DNA from: Nitrospirota bacterium
GTDB lineage: Bacteria; Nitrospirota; UBA9217
Length of the DNA: 64,000 nucleotides
Direction: 5' to 3'
Assembly (NCBI GenBank): GCA_035623825.1
Contig: DASPSR010000063.1
Coordinates: 13,982 to 77,981, forward strand
The notes beneath the pieces are model-generated. The model did not search any database and was not told the origin of the DNA. It was given only the letters and a program-made list of their open reading frames with translations. This document shows positions 18,890-27,887 of the stretch, piece by piece. The translations under genes and the position numbers were made by a program. Within the stretch, counting starts at the first letter, position 1. Every line of letters begins with the position of its first letter.

Positions 18890-19591
18890 ATGAGAAACGA
18901 AGCCAAAGGATATTTCCTGAAGGAATACGGATCATGGAGCGTCTTGATCATCGCGTATCTCATCGGCCTCGGCGTGAGCAGGGAATTCACGTGGACAGCG
19001 ATCCCGCTCTTCCTTGCCCTCGCCCTGTTGATCAATTCGAAGCAGGCATACACGAAATGGAACCGGCGGCCGGAAGACCGGAAAGCGCTCATCATTTTTC
19101 TTGCTCACATTGTCGTGGCGGCGGTGATCCTGGTCGCCGTCTTCGGCAGGGACATCCCCATGCTCCTGCCGCTTATCATATTCCCGCTTGTCTATCTCCT
19201 CATGAGCAGGTTTGCAGGGGAGCATTTTGTCCTTACTGAACTGTTGGGCTTCACGCTCATCAGTCTTTCGGCGGTCCTGGCAAAATTCCTGTTGACGGGA
19301 GGCCTGGATGTCAGGCTTTTCCTCGGGACGACGCTGTATTTTACGGCGGGGGTGTTCAAGATCAAAGCGGTGCTCTTGAAAAGGACGAAATACAGGGTTC
19401 TGACGGCAGTCTACGTCTTGTTCGCGGCCCTCGTCTACCAGCTCATGCACATCCCGGTCATCATACTTCTGCCGCTGGTGGATAACCTTATTGTTGCTGC
19501 CACGCTTTACAAGGTCAAGCTCCAGACTACGGGCTGGATCGAAGTGGCCAAGAGCCTCGCGGTCCTTGCCCTCTTTATTTCCTTCTACTAG
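18890..19591 (+). CDS. YwiC-like integral membrane protein
   Basis: N-terminal KEYGSW resembling the YwiC P(R/K)EHGAW motif; multiple TM helices; C-terminal GWIE. Confidence 0.65.
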   Translation: MRNEAKGYFLKEYGSWSVLIIAYLIGLGVSREFTWTAIPLFLALALLINSKQAYTKWNRRPEDRKALIIFLAHIVVAAVILVAVFGRDIPMLLPLIIFPLVYLLMSRFAGEHFVLTELLGFTLISLSAVLAKFLLTGGLDVRLFLGTTLYFTAGVFKIKAVLLKRTKYRVLTAVYVLFAALVYQLMHIPVIILLPLVDNLIVAATLYKVKLQTTGWIEVAKSLAVLALFISFY

Positions 19592-19679
19592 GGCGCTTCG
19601 CGCCTGCCTGGCGGGCCTTCTCCGGCATGTACCTGTTCCCCCTCGAAGGTGGTAGAATATAATAAAAGGGGGAAAGGGG

Positions 19680-21425
19680 ATGGCAGTCAAACCTCCGGAG
19701 ATAAATCTTGCTACCAATGCTTTGGCCGTGCTTGACCGGCGGTACCTGAAAAAGGACGAGCAGGGCAGGGTGGTGGAATCGCCTGGACAGATGTTCAGGA
19801 GGGTGGCTAACAACATCGCCCAGGCCGACCTCATGTACGATGGCCATGCCGATATCCGCAGGAGCGAAGAGGAATTTTACCGTATCCTCTCGACGCTCGA
19901 ATTTCTGCCGAACTCACCGACCTTGATGAACGCAGGCCGCCCTCTCCAGCAGCTTGCGGCGTGCTTCGTCCTGCCCGTCGAGGACTCGCTCGAATCCATC
20001 TTTGAGGAGGTTAAAAACACCGCATTGATCCACCAGAGCGGCGGCGGCACCGGCTTCTCGTTCAGCAGGCTGCGTCCCAAGGACGACCTGGTGCATACTA
20101 CGAGCGGCGCGGCGAGCGGCCCGGTCTCTTTCATGCGGGTCTTCAATATGGCCACGGAGGTGATCAAGCAGGGAGGCACGCGGCGAGGCGCGAATATGGG
20201 TATCCTGCGGGTGGACCATCCAGACATCCTCGATTTCATATCATGCAAGGTCGATAATAAAGAGTTCTCCAATTTCAACATTTCCGTGGCAGTGACCGAA
20301 GAATTCATGCGCGCTGTCGAAGCCGACGCTGATCTGCCGCTTATCAATCCCTCCACACACCAGGTGGTAAAAAAACTGAAAGCCCGGGAGATCTTCGACC
20401 GGATCGTGGAGATGGCATGGAAGACCGGTGACCCCGGAGTGGTGTTCCTCGACCGGATCAACCGCGATAACCCTACGCCGCGGCTGGGAGAGATGGAGAG
20501 CACGAACCCCTGCGGCGAGCAACCGCTCCTGCCGTACGAGCCGTGCAACCTGGGGTCGCTTAACCTGTCGCGCATGCTCTGGGAAGACGGAGGCCGCCCT
20601 GTGATAGACTGGGAAAAGCTGGAACGGGCTGTCAGGGCCGGTGTGCACTTCCTCGATAACGTCATCGACATGAGCCGCTATCCGCTGGACCAGATCGACC
20701 GCATGGCCAAGGGGAACCGCAAGATCGGCCTCGGCGTCATGGGCTTTGCCGATTTACTGATAAGGCTCGGGATCCCCTACGATTCGGAAGAGGCGGTCAA
20801 GACCGGGGAGAGGATCATGCAGTTCGTCAAGGAAAAGGGTTGGCAGTCCTCCGAAGAGCTTGCCCGGGAGCGGGGCGTGTTCCCGAATTTCAAGGGGAGC
20901 AAATACGATACGCCGGGCGGGCCGAAACTCCGGAACGCGACGGTGACCACGGTAGCGCCCACCGGCACGCTCTCTATCATCGGGGGGTGCTCGAGCGGGA
21001 TCGAGCCGCTCTTCGCTCTCTCTTACACGCGGCACGTGCTCGGGGACGTGGACCTTCCCGAGGTGTATGATTACTTCCTCGAGACGGCAAAGAGACGCGC
21101 CTTCTACAGCGATCATCTGCTGATGCGCATCACGGCAGGGGAGTCCATCCAGCGGATGAGCGACGTCCCGGAGGACATGAAGCGCGTGTTCGTGACGGCC
21201 TTCGACATCGCACCCGAGTGGCATGTGCGCATGCAGGCCGCATTCCAGCGCCATACGGACAATGCGGTGTCCAAGACTATCAACTTTCCGCCACAGGCGA
21301 CGAAGGATGACGTGCAGCAGGCCTTCCTCCTGGCCTACCGGGAAGGGGTGAAAGGGATCACCATCTTCCGGAGCGGGAGTAAAAGCGAGCAGGTGCTCAC
21401 CTGCGCCGACCCGCTGTACTGCTGA
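19680..21425 (+). CDS. nrdJ: adenosylcobalamin-dependent (class II) ribonucleotide reductase
   Basis: PNSPTLMNAG, QLAACFVL, TNPCGEQ, CNLGS, APTGT, VSKTIN. Confidence 0.92.
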   Translation: MAVKPPEINLATNALAVLDRRYLKKDEQGRVVESPGQMFRRVANNIAQADLMYDGHADIRRSEEEFYRILSTLEFLPNSPTLMNAGRPLQQLAACFVLPVEDSLESIFEEVKNTALIHQSGGGTGFSFSRLRPKDDLVHTTSGAASGPVSFMRVFNMATEVIKQGGTRRGANMGILRVDHPDILDFISCKVDNKEFSNFNISVAVTEEFMRAVEADADLPLINPSTHQVVKKLKAREIFDRIVEMAWKTGDPGVVFLDRINRDNPTPRLGEMESTNPCGEQPLLPYEPCNLGSLNLSRMLWEDGGRPVIDWEKLERAVRAGVHFLDNVIDMSRYPLDQIDRMAKGNRKIGLGVMGFADLLIRLGIPYDSEEAVKTGERIMQFVKEKGWQSSEELARERGVFPNFKGSKYDTPGGPKLRNATVTTVAPTGTLSIIGGCSSGIEPLFALSYTRHVLGDVDLPEVYDYFLETAKRRAFYSDHLLMRITAGESIQRMSDVPEDMKRVFVTAFDIAPEWHVRMQAAFQRHTDNAVSKTINFPPQATKDDVQQAFLLAYREGVKGITIFRSGSKSEQVLTCADPLYC

Positions 21426-21663
21426 AACACCGTCCTCTCATTTTTTATCGTTCGTCCATCCGTTCATCGCGCACCGTTGTGCCTTCTCACCCTCCGTTTC
21501 CCCGCGTCATCTGAACCTTGTCAGTATGCCCTTATCTTTCAACAGGTTCTTGACTTTCTTCCGGTTTTTCGTAATTGAACGCGATGCGGGGAAGGTATGG
21601 CTTCCTCATGAGAAGGGGCGCGGCGTATGCCGCTTGACAGCAGTGTTATTATGAAGCAGGAGG

Positions 21664-22719
21664 ATGAATATGATGAAAAGCGTCATGGAATGGATATCGA
21701 ACGACACTGTAAAACCCGAAAACAGGCAGGCCGAGCAGACCTCATCGCCCTCTGATGACGGACTTCTGGATGCGTACTCCCGTGCGGTAATCACAGCGGC
21801 GGAAAAGGTCAGCCCTTCAGTTGTCAATATAGAGGTCCGGCAGCAGATGCGGGGCAGGAATGCCGAGCCGCGCGTTTCCCGGGAGTTCCAAGCAAGCGGC
21901 TCAGGCTTCATATTCACGCCCGACGGGTTCATCCTTACGAACAGCCACGTGGTGCACGGAGCGGAGGAGATCGGAGTCATGCTTCCGGACGGCCGGCAGT
22001 TTCAGGCCCAGAATGTGGGGGATGATCCTAATACGGATCTCGCGGTGATCAGGATTGATGCGCCTAAGCTCACGGCCGTCAGTCTCGGCGATTCGCAGAC
22101 AATCCGAGTGGGCCAGCTTGTCATCGCCATCGGCAATCCGTATGGTTTCCAGTATACGGTGACCGCTGGCGTGGTGAGCGCGCTCGGCCGTTCACTCCGG
22201 TCCATCTCCGGCAGGCTCATCGACAGCGTGATCCAGACCGATGCGGCGCTCAACCCGGGCAATTCTGGCGGACCGCTTGTCACGTCCCGCGGCGACGTGA
22301 TCGGCGTGAATACAGCGGTGATCATGCCGGCTCAGGGGATCTGCTTCGCCATCGGCATCAACACCGCAAAGTTCGTTGTGGCGAGCCTGATCAAGGACGG
22401 CAAGGTACGGCGCAGTTACATCGGGGTAGGAGGACAGAACGTCCCGCTCCTTCGGCGCATTGTGCGTTTTCACGACCTCCCGGCAGAAAGCGGTGTCTTG
22501 GTCGTCTCAATCGAAGCAGACAGCCCGGCCATGCGGGCCGGCCTGCGAGGGGGAGACATCATCGTGGGATTCGGCGGTTCGGCCGTCGCTGGCATTGATG
22601 AGCTGCACAGGCTCCTGACACAGGAGAAGGTCGGCGTGAGCTTACCAATCGTGATCATCCGGGGAACGGAAAAGCTGAGCCTTCCTATCGTCCCCGGTGA
22701 ATTCAAGACGAGATCATAA
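21664..22719 (+). CDS. HtrA/DegQ-family serine protease with one PDZ domain
   Basis: GSGF, TNSHV, DLAV, GNSGGPL; C-terminal PDZ; no evident signal peptide. Confidence 0.92.
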   Translation: MNMMKSVMEWISNDTVKPENRQAEQTSSPSDDGLLDAYSRAVITAAEKVSPSVVNIEVRQQMRGRNAEPRVSREFQASGSGFIFTPDGFILTNSHVVHGAEEIGVMLPDGRQFQAQNVGDDPNTDLAVIRIDAPKLTAVSLGDSQTIRVGQLVIAIGNPYGFQYTVTAGVVSALGRSLRSISGRLIDSVIQTDAALNPGNSGGPLVTSRGDVIGVNTAVIMPAQGICFAIGINTAKFVVASLIKDGKVRRSYIGVGGQNVPLLRRIVRFHDLPAESGVLVVSIEADSPAMRAGLRGGDIIVGFGGSAVAGIDELHRLLTQEKVGVSLPIVIIRGTEKLSLPIVPGEFKTRS

Positions 22720-22740
22720 CCGCAGAAGGGCGAGCATGGA

Positions 22741-23994
22741 TTACCGGTGCCGATCCGCGGTATTGCTGAAAGGAGGTAGTGCCCAGGGGACAAGATATCG
22801 ATGCGGGCCAATGGCCGGCGTGCGCTTGGCACAGGCCGTCATTGGATTTTTCGCATTCAAGTGCCCATCCTTGTCATCGATTGCGGGCTCGGTTTCTTGA
22901 GCAGCATTCCTGCGTGCTGCCTGTTGTTGGGAAGGACGCTGCGCGAGGGTTGTCTCCTTTTCGAACACGGGGCAAATATCAGGGCCATTTCCAGGCTCTC
23001 TTGAAGATTCGCCCTGATTGAGAAGAGATATATAGACTTCTTCGTCCCACGAAATCCGGATCTCAGCTTTCCGGATTGCATCAATTCTAGCCAGGAAGAT
23101 CTTCTTTTTCCCCTTAGGGATCTTCAGGAGGTAGCGGTTATCATCGGGAGGCGTTGATTTTCCGTTGATTTCGGGGTTCAGGGACTTGATCCTCTCGTAG
23201 GTGCTGTCGGTACAGTACGCGACGGTGCGTAGATCCATCACCTCCCTGATCACAACCTCGTCATAACGGAGCGGTTCGACATCGGGAACCCGGAAGCCGT
23301 ATGCAGCGGGATCTCTGGCGATGAGGGACGCCGCCATGAATTTCGACACATAAACCTTTGTTTCCCTCCGGAGATATGCGGACTCCTTCAAATCCCAGAA
23401 GTCCTCAGAACCGGTCTTCTGCATCGCGCGCAGCACTTTGCTGGCGCCGGCATTGTATGCCGCCAGGACGAGCGGCCAGGATCCGAATCGGCTGTGGAGA
23501 TCCCTGAAATGCTGCGCCGCGGCATGGGTCGACTTGATGTAGTCCTTTCGCTCGTCAATCCACCAGTCGCTTCTAAGCCCGTATTGCCGTGCCGTGTCAG
23601 GCATGAACTGCCAGTGGCCTGCCGCTTTTGACCGAGACACCGCGCCGGAATCAAACCCGCTTTCGATCATGGCTACATATACGAGTTCCTCCGGCAGGTT
23701 CTCATCCTTGAAGATCTTTTTCATCGGATCGAGGTAGTGCGCAGAATTGTTCAGCCACCGCTGAAACGTGCGTTTCTCCCGGGTTCTGAAATATTCAATA
23801 TATGTTTCCACGCTGTTATTCAGGACGACCGGAATGTGATATTTATTCTCTTCAATCGCTTCGTCTGCCGGGGTTGTCGCTTCGAATGGGGAAGAAGGCT
23901 GGTTTATCGCCGCCGTTACGGTCTCGGAAGGTTCTGCTCCGACCGGTAGCGCGTGGAGCGTGATAAATAGTATGCCGATGAGCACTGTCAACAT
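22741..23994 (-). CDS. MltD-like lytic transglycosylase
   Basis: Signal peptide; AMIESGF, GHWQFM, AAYNAG, RETKVYV; start after AGGAGG. Confidence 0.88.
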   Translation of the reverse strand: MLTVLIGILFITLHALPVGAEPSETVTAAINQPSSPFEATTPADEAIEENKYHIPVVLNNSVETYIEYFRTREKRTFQRWLNNSAHYLDPMKKIFKDENLPEELVYVAMIESGFDSGAVSRSKAAGHWQFMPDTARQYGLRSDWWIDERKDYIKSTHAAAQHFRDLHSRFGSWPLVLAAYNAGASKVLRAMQKTGSEDFWDLKESAYLRRETKVYVSKFMAASLIARDPAAYGFRVPDVEPLRYDEVVIREVMDLRTVAYCTDSTYERIKSLNPEINGKSTPPDDNRYLLKIPKGKKKIFLARIDAIRKAEIRISWDEEVYISLLNQGESSREPGNGPDICPVFEKETTLAQRPSQQQAARRNAAQETEPAIDDKDGHLNAKNPMTACAKRTPAIGPHRYLVPWALPPFSNTADRHR

Positions 23995-24339
23995 ATTGCC
24001 TCCTGTGCCGCCACGATAATACGCAAACACAGGTTTCGGCAAGCATCCAGATACCTTTTCCCCCCCGGGCCGTTTATCACGGCGCCAAGGAATAAATAAG
24101 ACACGAAGGCATCAAGGGGCCTTGCTGGATTCGGCATAGATTGGATTTTATAAGGTTATTCTCCTGGCCACCTCACTTGATTCCTCCGATTCCTCAAGAA
24201 CAAGAATGTATGTGTATTAATCCTCTATCCCTATAGTAGTATTTAAGCGCAAGTGTAACCATGCTGTCAAGTAAACTTTAGTACTACTGTTGATGGATTC
24301 TGCAGTTATGACCTAAATATCAGCACATTCCCCACCTGC

Positions 24340-24525
24340 TTGGCGTTGATAGCCTGGAGGAGGTCGAGGGGATTGGTTGGATTTTTTCTGGGTCTGTCTG
24401 GTGATTCTTGCCGGTCGACGTTCTCCTTGGGCCTACCTTAAGATCATTCCGCCTGCCGCGGGTCTCATCGGTTGGTGTCCTCATACGCCCTCTTCGGCTT
24501 TTCCACCTGCAAAGAGAGCAAATAA
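24340..24525 (+). pseudogene. degenerate DUF2892/YgaP-like small membrane protein
   Basis: LVILAGRRSPWAYLKIIPPAAGLIGWCP, then a frameshift to YALFGFSTCKESK-stop; no intact start. Confidence 0.55.
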
Positions 24526-24812
24526 AAGAGCGAATATGTCAGACAGTGCCTAAAGGATTCGTTTTTAATGAAGACGTAAAGTCTCATGAAGCGGTGCGGA
24601 TAGTATTTCACCCGTTCATGGCTTTGTAATACCTAAGTGCACGGGACATCGTGCAACTCATGCCTCTTAATTTCAACCTTCCTGTCTTCCGCCCCCTTTC
24701 TTGACAATCCAGCAAGATCGGCGGTAATTTTTAATTAGAGGGATATAGCCACCCTTTGATTCGGAGGGACTGGAACTGGTTACAACCGTGGTGGGGCGAA
24801 CACAAGGCGGCG

Positions 24813-25472
24813 ATGAAAATGTTTATCAATAGGACCGATGCGGGCATCCGGCTCGCGGACAAGCTGAAGGATTATAGTAACCGGGAGGGAGTACTCGTCC
24901 TAGCCTTGCCGCGCGGCGGGGTCGCAGTGGGATTCGAACTGGCCAGGCGTCTGAACGTCGGCCTGGACGTTCTGATCGTCCGTAAGATCGGTGTACCGTC
25001 TCAGCCCGAGCTCGCCGCAGGCGCTATCTCCGAAACGGGGACCGTGCACCTGAACCGTGACGTCATATCGGCCGTCGGCAATTTGAGTTCGTATATCGAA
25101 AAAGAGATAGCCCGGCAGAAGGAGGAGATCTCTCGCAGGATCATGCTCTATCGGAACGGCGAGCCGATCAGGGAATTGACCGGCAAGACCATCATCCTCG
25201 TCGATGACGGCGTGGCCACCGGCGCCACGTTGAAGGCGGCTATTGAGACAATGAAGAAAGAGCGGATCTCAAAGCTCGTCGTTGCGGTGCCGGTGGCCCC
25301 TCCCAGTACCGCAGAGGAGCTTAAGCACATGGCAGACGAGTTCGTGTGCATCGAAACTCCCTATTATTTTATGGCAGTGGGAAGCCATTATAGCGATTTT
25401 ACTCAGGTAACGGATGAAGAAGTCGTGAAACTGCTCAGGCAATCAGAAAGCTTCGGGAAAAGGGCCGCGTGA
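24813..25472 (+). CDS. phosphoribosyltransferase family protein
   Basis: FxNRTDAG, LALPRGGV, ILVDDGVATGAT (PRPP-binding motif). Confidence 0.9.
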   Translation: MKMFINRTDAGIRLADKLKDYSNREGVLVLALPRGGVAVGFELARRLNVGLDVLIVRKIGVPSQPELAAGAISETGTVHLNRDVISAVGNLSSYIEKEIARQKEEISRRIMLYRNGEPIRELTGKTIILVDDGVATGATLKAAIETMKKERISKLVVAVPVAPPSTAEELKHMADEFVCIETPYYFMAVGSHYSDFTQVTDEEVVKLLRQSESFGKRAA

Positions 25473-25636
25473 TCGCCCCTGTTTTGGGCAGGAGGCAAAG
25501 GTCAAGGCGCAAAGAGAAACGATCACGGCTTGCGAGCGCTCACACTTGTTCCTGCATGCGGATATGGCATGCGAGGCTCGCAGAGAGAGTTATAATGGCA
25601 GTGAGAGAAAATGAGCGCAGGGGAAGGAGGTTCACC

Positions 25637-26305
25637 ATGGCAGTTGCTAATGTCGGACAATTGGTCCATATCCCCGCTGATACGGTTACTCTCGACGGCT
25701 GGCTTGCACTGCCCGGAGGCGCCGATGCGATCGTTGTTTTTGCCCACGGAAGCGGCAGCAGCCGGCACAGCCCGAGGAACAGGTTTGTGGCCGAGGCCCT
25801 GCAAGAGGAGGGTTTAGGCACGCTTCTCTTTGATCTGCTGACAAGTGATGAAGATGCCCTCTACGCAAACCGATTTAACGTTTCGCTTTTGACCGACCGG
25901 CTGAAGATTGCGACCCGCTGGCTCGCGCAGCAGCCGGAAGCGAAAGGGCTTGCCATAGGTTATTTCGGTGCCAGTACGGGGGCGGCCGCCGCGCTCTGGG
26001 CTGCAGCCGACCTCGGCGTAGACGTTCGAGCGGTCGTTTCTCGGGGCGGCAGGCCCGATCTGGCCGGGCCGGTCCTTGATCGTGTCGAGGCGCCCACCCT
26101 CCTCATCGTCGGCGGGCGTGATTACGCGGTCATTGATCTCAACTGGGACGCGTACAAGCGAATAACCGCGGTAAAGGACATGAAGATCATAGCAGGCGCA
26201 ACTCATCTTTTTGAAGAGCACGGCGCCCTCGAACAGGTGGCCCATGCCGCGGCAGAATGGTTTGTCCGCTACCTCCCAAGCACAGATCGCAAGACGGCTG
26301 CATGA
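25637..26305 (+). CDS. dienelactone-hydrolase-like alpha/beta hydrolase
   Basis: FAHGSGSSRHSPRN, GYFGASTGA, ATHLFEE; RBS AAGGAGG. Confidence 0.9.
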   Translation: MAVANVGQLVHIPADTVTLDGWLALPGGADAIVVFAHGSGSSRHSPRNRFVAEALQEEGLGTLLFDLLTSDEDALYANRFNVSLLTDRLKIATRWLAQQPEAKGLAIGYFGASTGAAAALWAAADLGVDVRAVVSRGGRPDLAGPVLDRVEAPTLLIVGGRDYAVIDLNWDAYKRITAVKDMKIIAGATHLFEEHGALEQVAHAAAEWFVRYLPSTDRKTAA

Positions 26306-26519
26306 ATCGTTCACCGGACCCTGAAGCATGAACCGAAGGTATATCCTGGGTCAACACCAGGCCAATCGGTCGGAAAAGGGATCGTGGTGCCTCAATCTGA
26401 CAAGCGTCAATTTTGACCGGGGAATTCGCCGGGCGGCGACATCGACGCCAGGAAGCATGATCATCGGACCCCTCGCAGATGGTAAATCCTTTTCGAGCAC
26501 TGTCGGATTAACTTTCGGC

Positions 26520-26549
26520 TTGACAGAACGGCGTGGGTGGGTGTATTTT
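26520..26549 (+). promoter_or_regulatory. sigma70-type promoter upstream of the glutamate synthase genes
   Basis: TTGACA (26520-26525), 18-nt spacer, TATTTT (26544-26549). Confidence 0.5.
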
Positions 26550-26581
26550 ACCTAATCATTGACATGGTTTTGCCGTGCCAA

Positions 26582-26609
26582 GAGCCCCTTGTAAAAGGGG
26601 CTTTTTTTC
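26582..26609 (+). terminator. intrinsic terminator-like hairpin in the glt leader
   Basis: AGCCCCTT-GTAA-AAGGGGCT followed by a T-run. Confidence 0.7.
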
Positions 26610-26777
26610 ACGCTGGCAGGCAAAGCTCTGAAGATGCAATTTTAGCAAAACCTGAACACCAGATCCCAGGTAACTTCCAGGCATCAAATTCCAAATACGG
26701 TGGAAATGAAGATTTAAGGTTTGGTTATTGTTCCGTATTTGGGATTTGACGGGCAGGATTTCATTCAGGAGTCGATT

Positions 26778-27887
26778 ATGTGCCGTTTGAGTGCAATCAC
26801 ATCGAGCGATTATTTCTCTCCCATGGAAAACATCCACGCGCTCGAAACCATGAAGGAAGGCCACGATGGGTCCGGCCTGGGGCTGATGCTCAAGGACATG
26901 GGCGGTCCTTTCGCTGACTTTAAAAAGTATCCGACGCTTTCCGCAATCTGTTCCGACAACGGCCTCGCCATGCTTGATGAGTATATGAAGGCCCACGGCT
27001 TCGCGGAAAAGTTCGTCTGGGAGCCGCCGATCAAGAATTCAACGGGCATCGATCGCAGGGACCATTATGTGGCGAAGGTCTATGATTATCCGGCGGAGTA
27101 TGCGGACAGGACGCAGCGTGACAAGGAAGACCTGCTCATGCGGACACGGCTTGCTCTTCGGGAGATGGGCGAACCCCGCGAGCAGCTTTTCGTGTTCTCG
27201 TTCTTTCCCGACGTGCTCACGCTCAAGGAAGTGGGAGACCCTCTGCAGCTTGGCGAGTTCTTCGGCTTGGAAAAGGCCGGGCTCAAAGCGAAGATCATCC
27301 TGGCCCAGGGCAGGCAGAACACGAATTACGCCATCTACCTCTACGCCTGCCACCCGTTCTTCATACAGGGCTTCGCCACCATGACGAACGGCGAGAACAC
27401 CGCTTTCGTGCCGATCCGCGAGTTCCTCATGGGCAGGGGCAATCCCGGATACATGGGCTACAATTCGGATTCCGAGGTCTTTACCCACATTGTGCATTAT
27501 ACGAACAGGACCCTCGGATATCCGCTGCACTACTATAAAGACGTGATCACGCCTATGAAGGACGCCGAGATCGTCAAGAGGTCCGATGCCGCGGCGCTCC
27601 GGCTGCTCAAAAAATCGCTGCGGCCCCTCTGCATCGACGGCCCGAACTGCGTGATCGGATTCACGCCCGACGGAACCTGTTTCATGGTGCAGGACTCGAA
27701 GAAGCTCCGGCCGGGCGTTGTCGGCGGAAAGCCCGGCAAGTACGCGCTCATGTCAGAGGTCTGCGGTGTCGACCGGGCGATCCCGAACCGGGAAAAAAGC
27801 AAGGATATTTTCCCCATGAAGTACGACATGGTGATCATCGCGCCCGGCGCGCGGGAGGTTACGGTATGGAACCAGCTGCACGGTTAG
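26778..27887 (+). CDS. glutamate synthase, stand-alone class II glutamine amidotransferase subunit
   Basis: MCRL start (Cys2 nucleophile), GHDGSG, ACHPF, NGEN, SDSE, LRP. Confidence 0.88.
   Translation: MCRLSAITSSDYFSPMENIHALETMKEGHDGSGLGLMLKDMGGPFADFKKYPTLSAICSDNGLAMLDEYMKAHGFAEKFVWEPPIKNSTGIDRRDHYVAKVYDYPAEYADRTQRDKEDLLMRTRLALREMGEPREQLFVFSFFPDVLTLKEVGDPLQLGEFFGLEKAGLKAKIILAQGRQNTNYAIYLYACHPFFIQGFATMTNGENTAFVPIREFLMGRGNPGYMGYNSDSEVFTHIVHYTNRTLGYPLHYYKDVITPMKDAEIVKRSDAAALRLLKKSLRPLCIDGPNCVIGFTPDGTCFMVQDSKKLRPGVVGGKPGKYALMSEVCGVDRAIPNREKSKDIFPMKYDMVIIAPGAREVTVWNQLHG

Noticed and set aside
24030-24135. c-di-AMP (ydaO) riboswitch before the lytic transglycosylase (GCCGAATCCAGCAAGG on the minus strand)
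   Set aside because: Only the 5' motif matches; the GGAACC and CCCGTCAGCTAAC core elements are absent
26305-26400. Glutamine (glnA) riboswitch upstream of the glt genes
   Set aside because: The ATCGTTCA start is similar, but the GGAAGTA and GAAGGAACG elements are missing and it lies upstream of the candidate promoter
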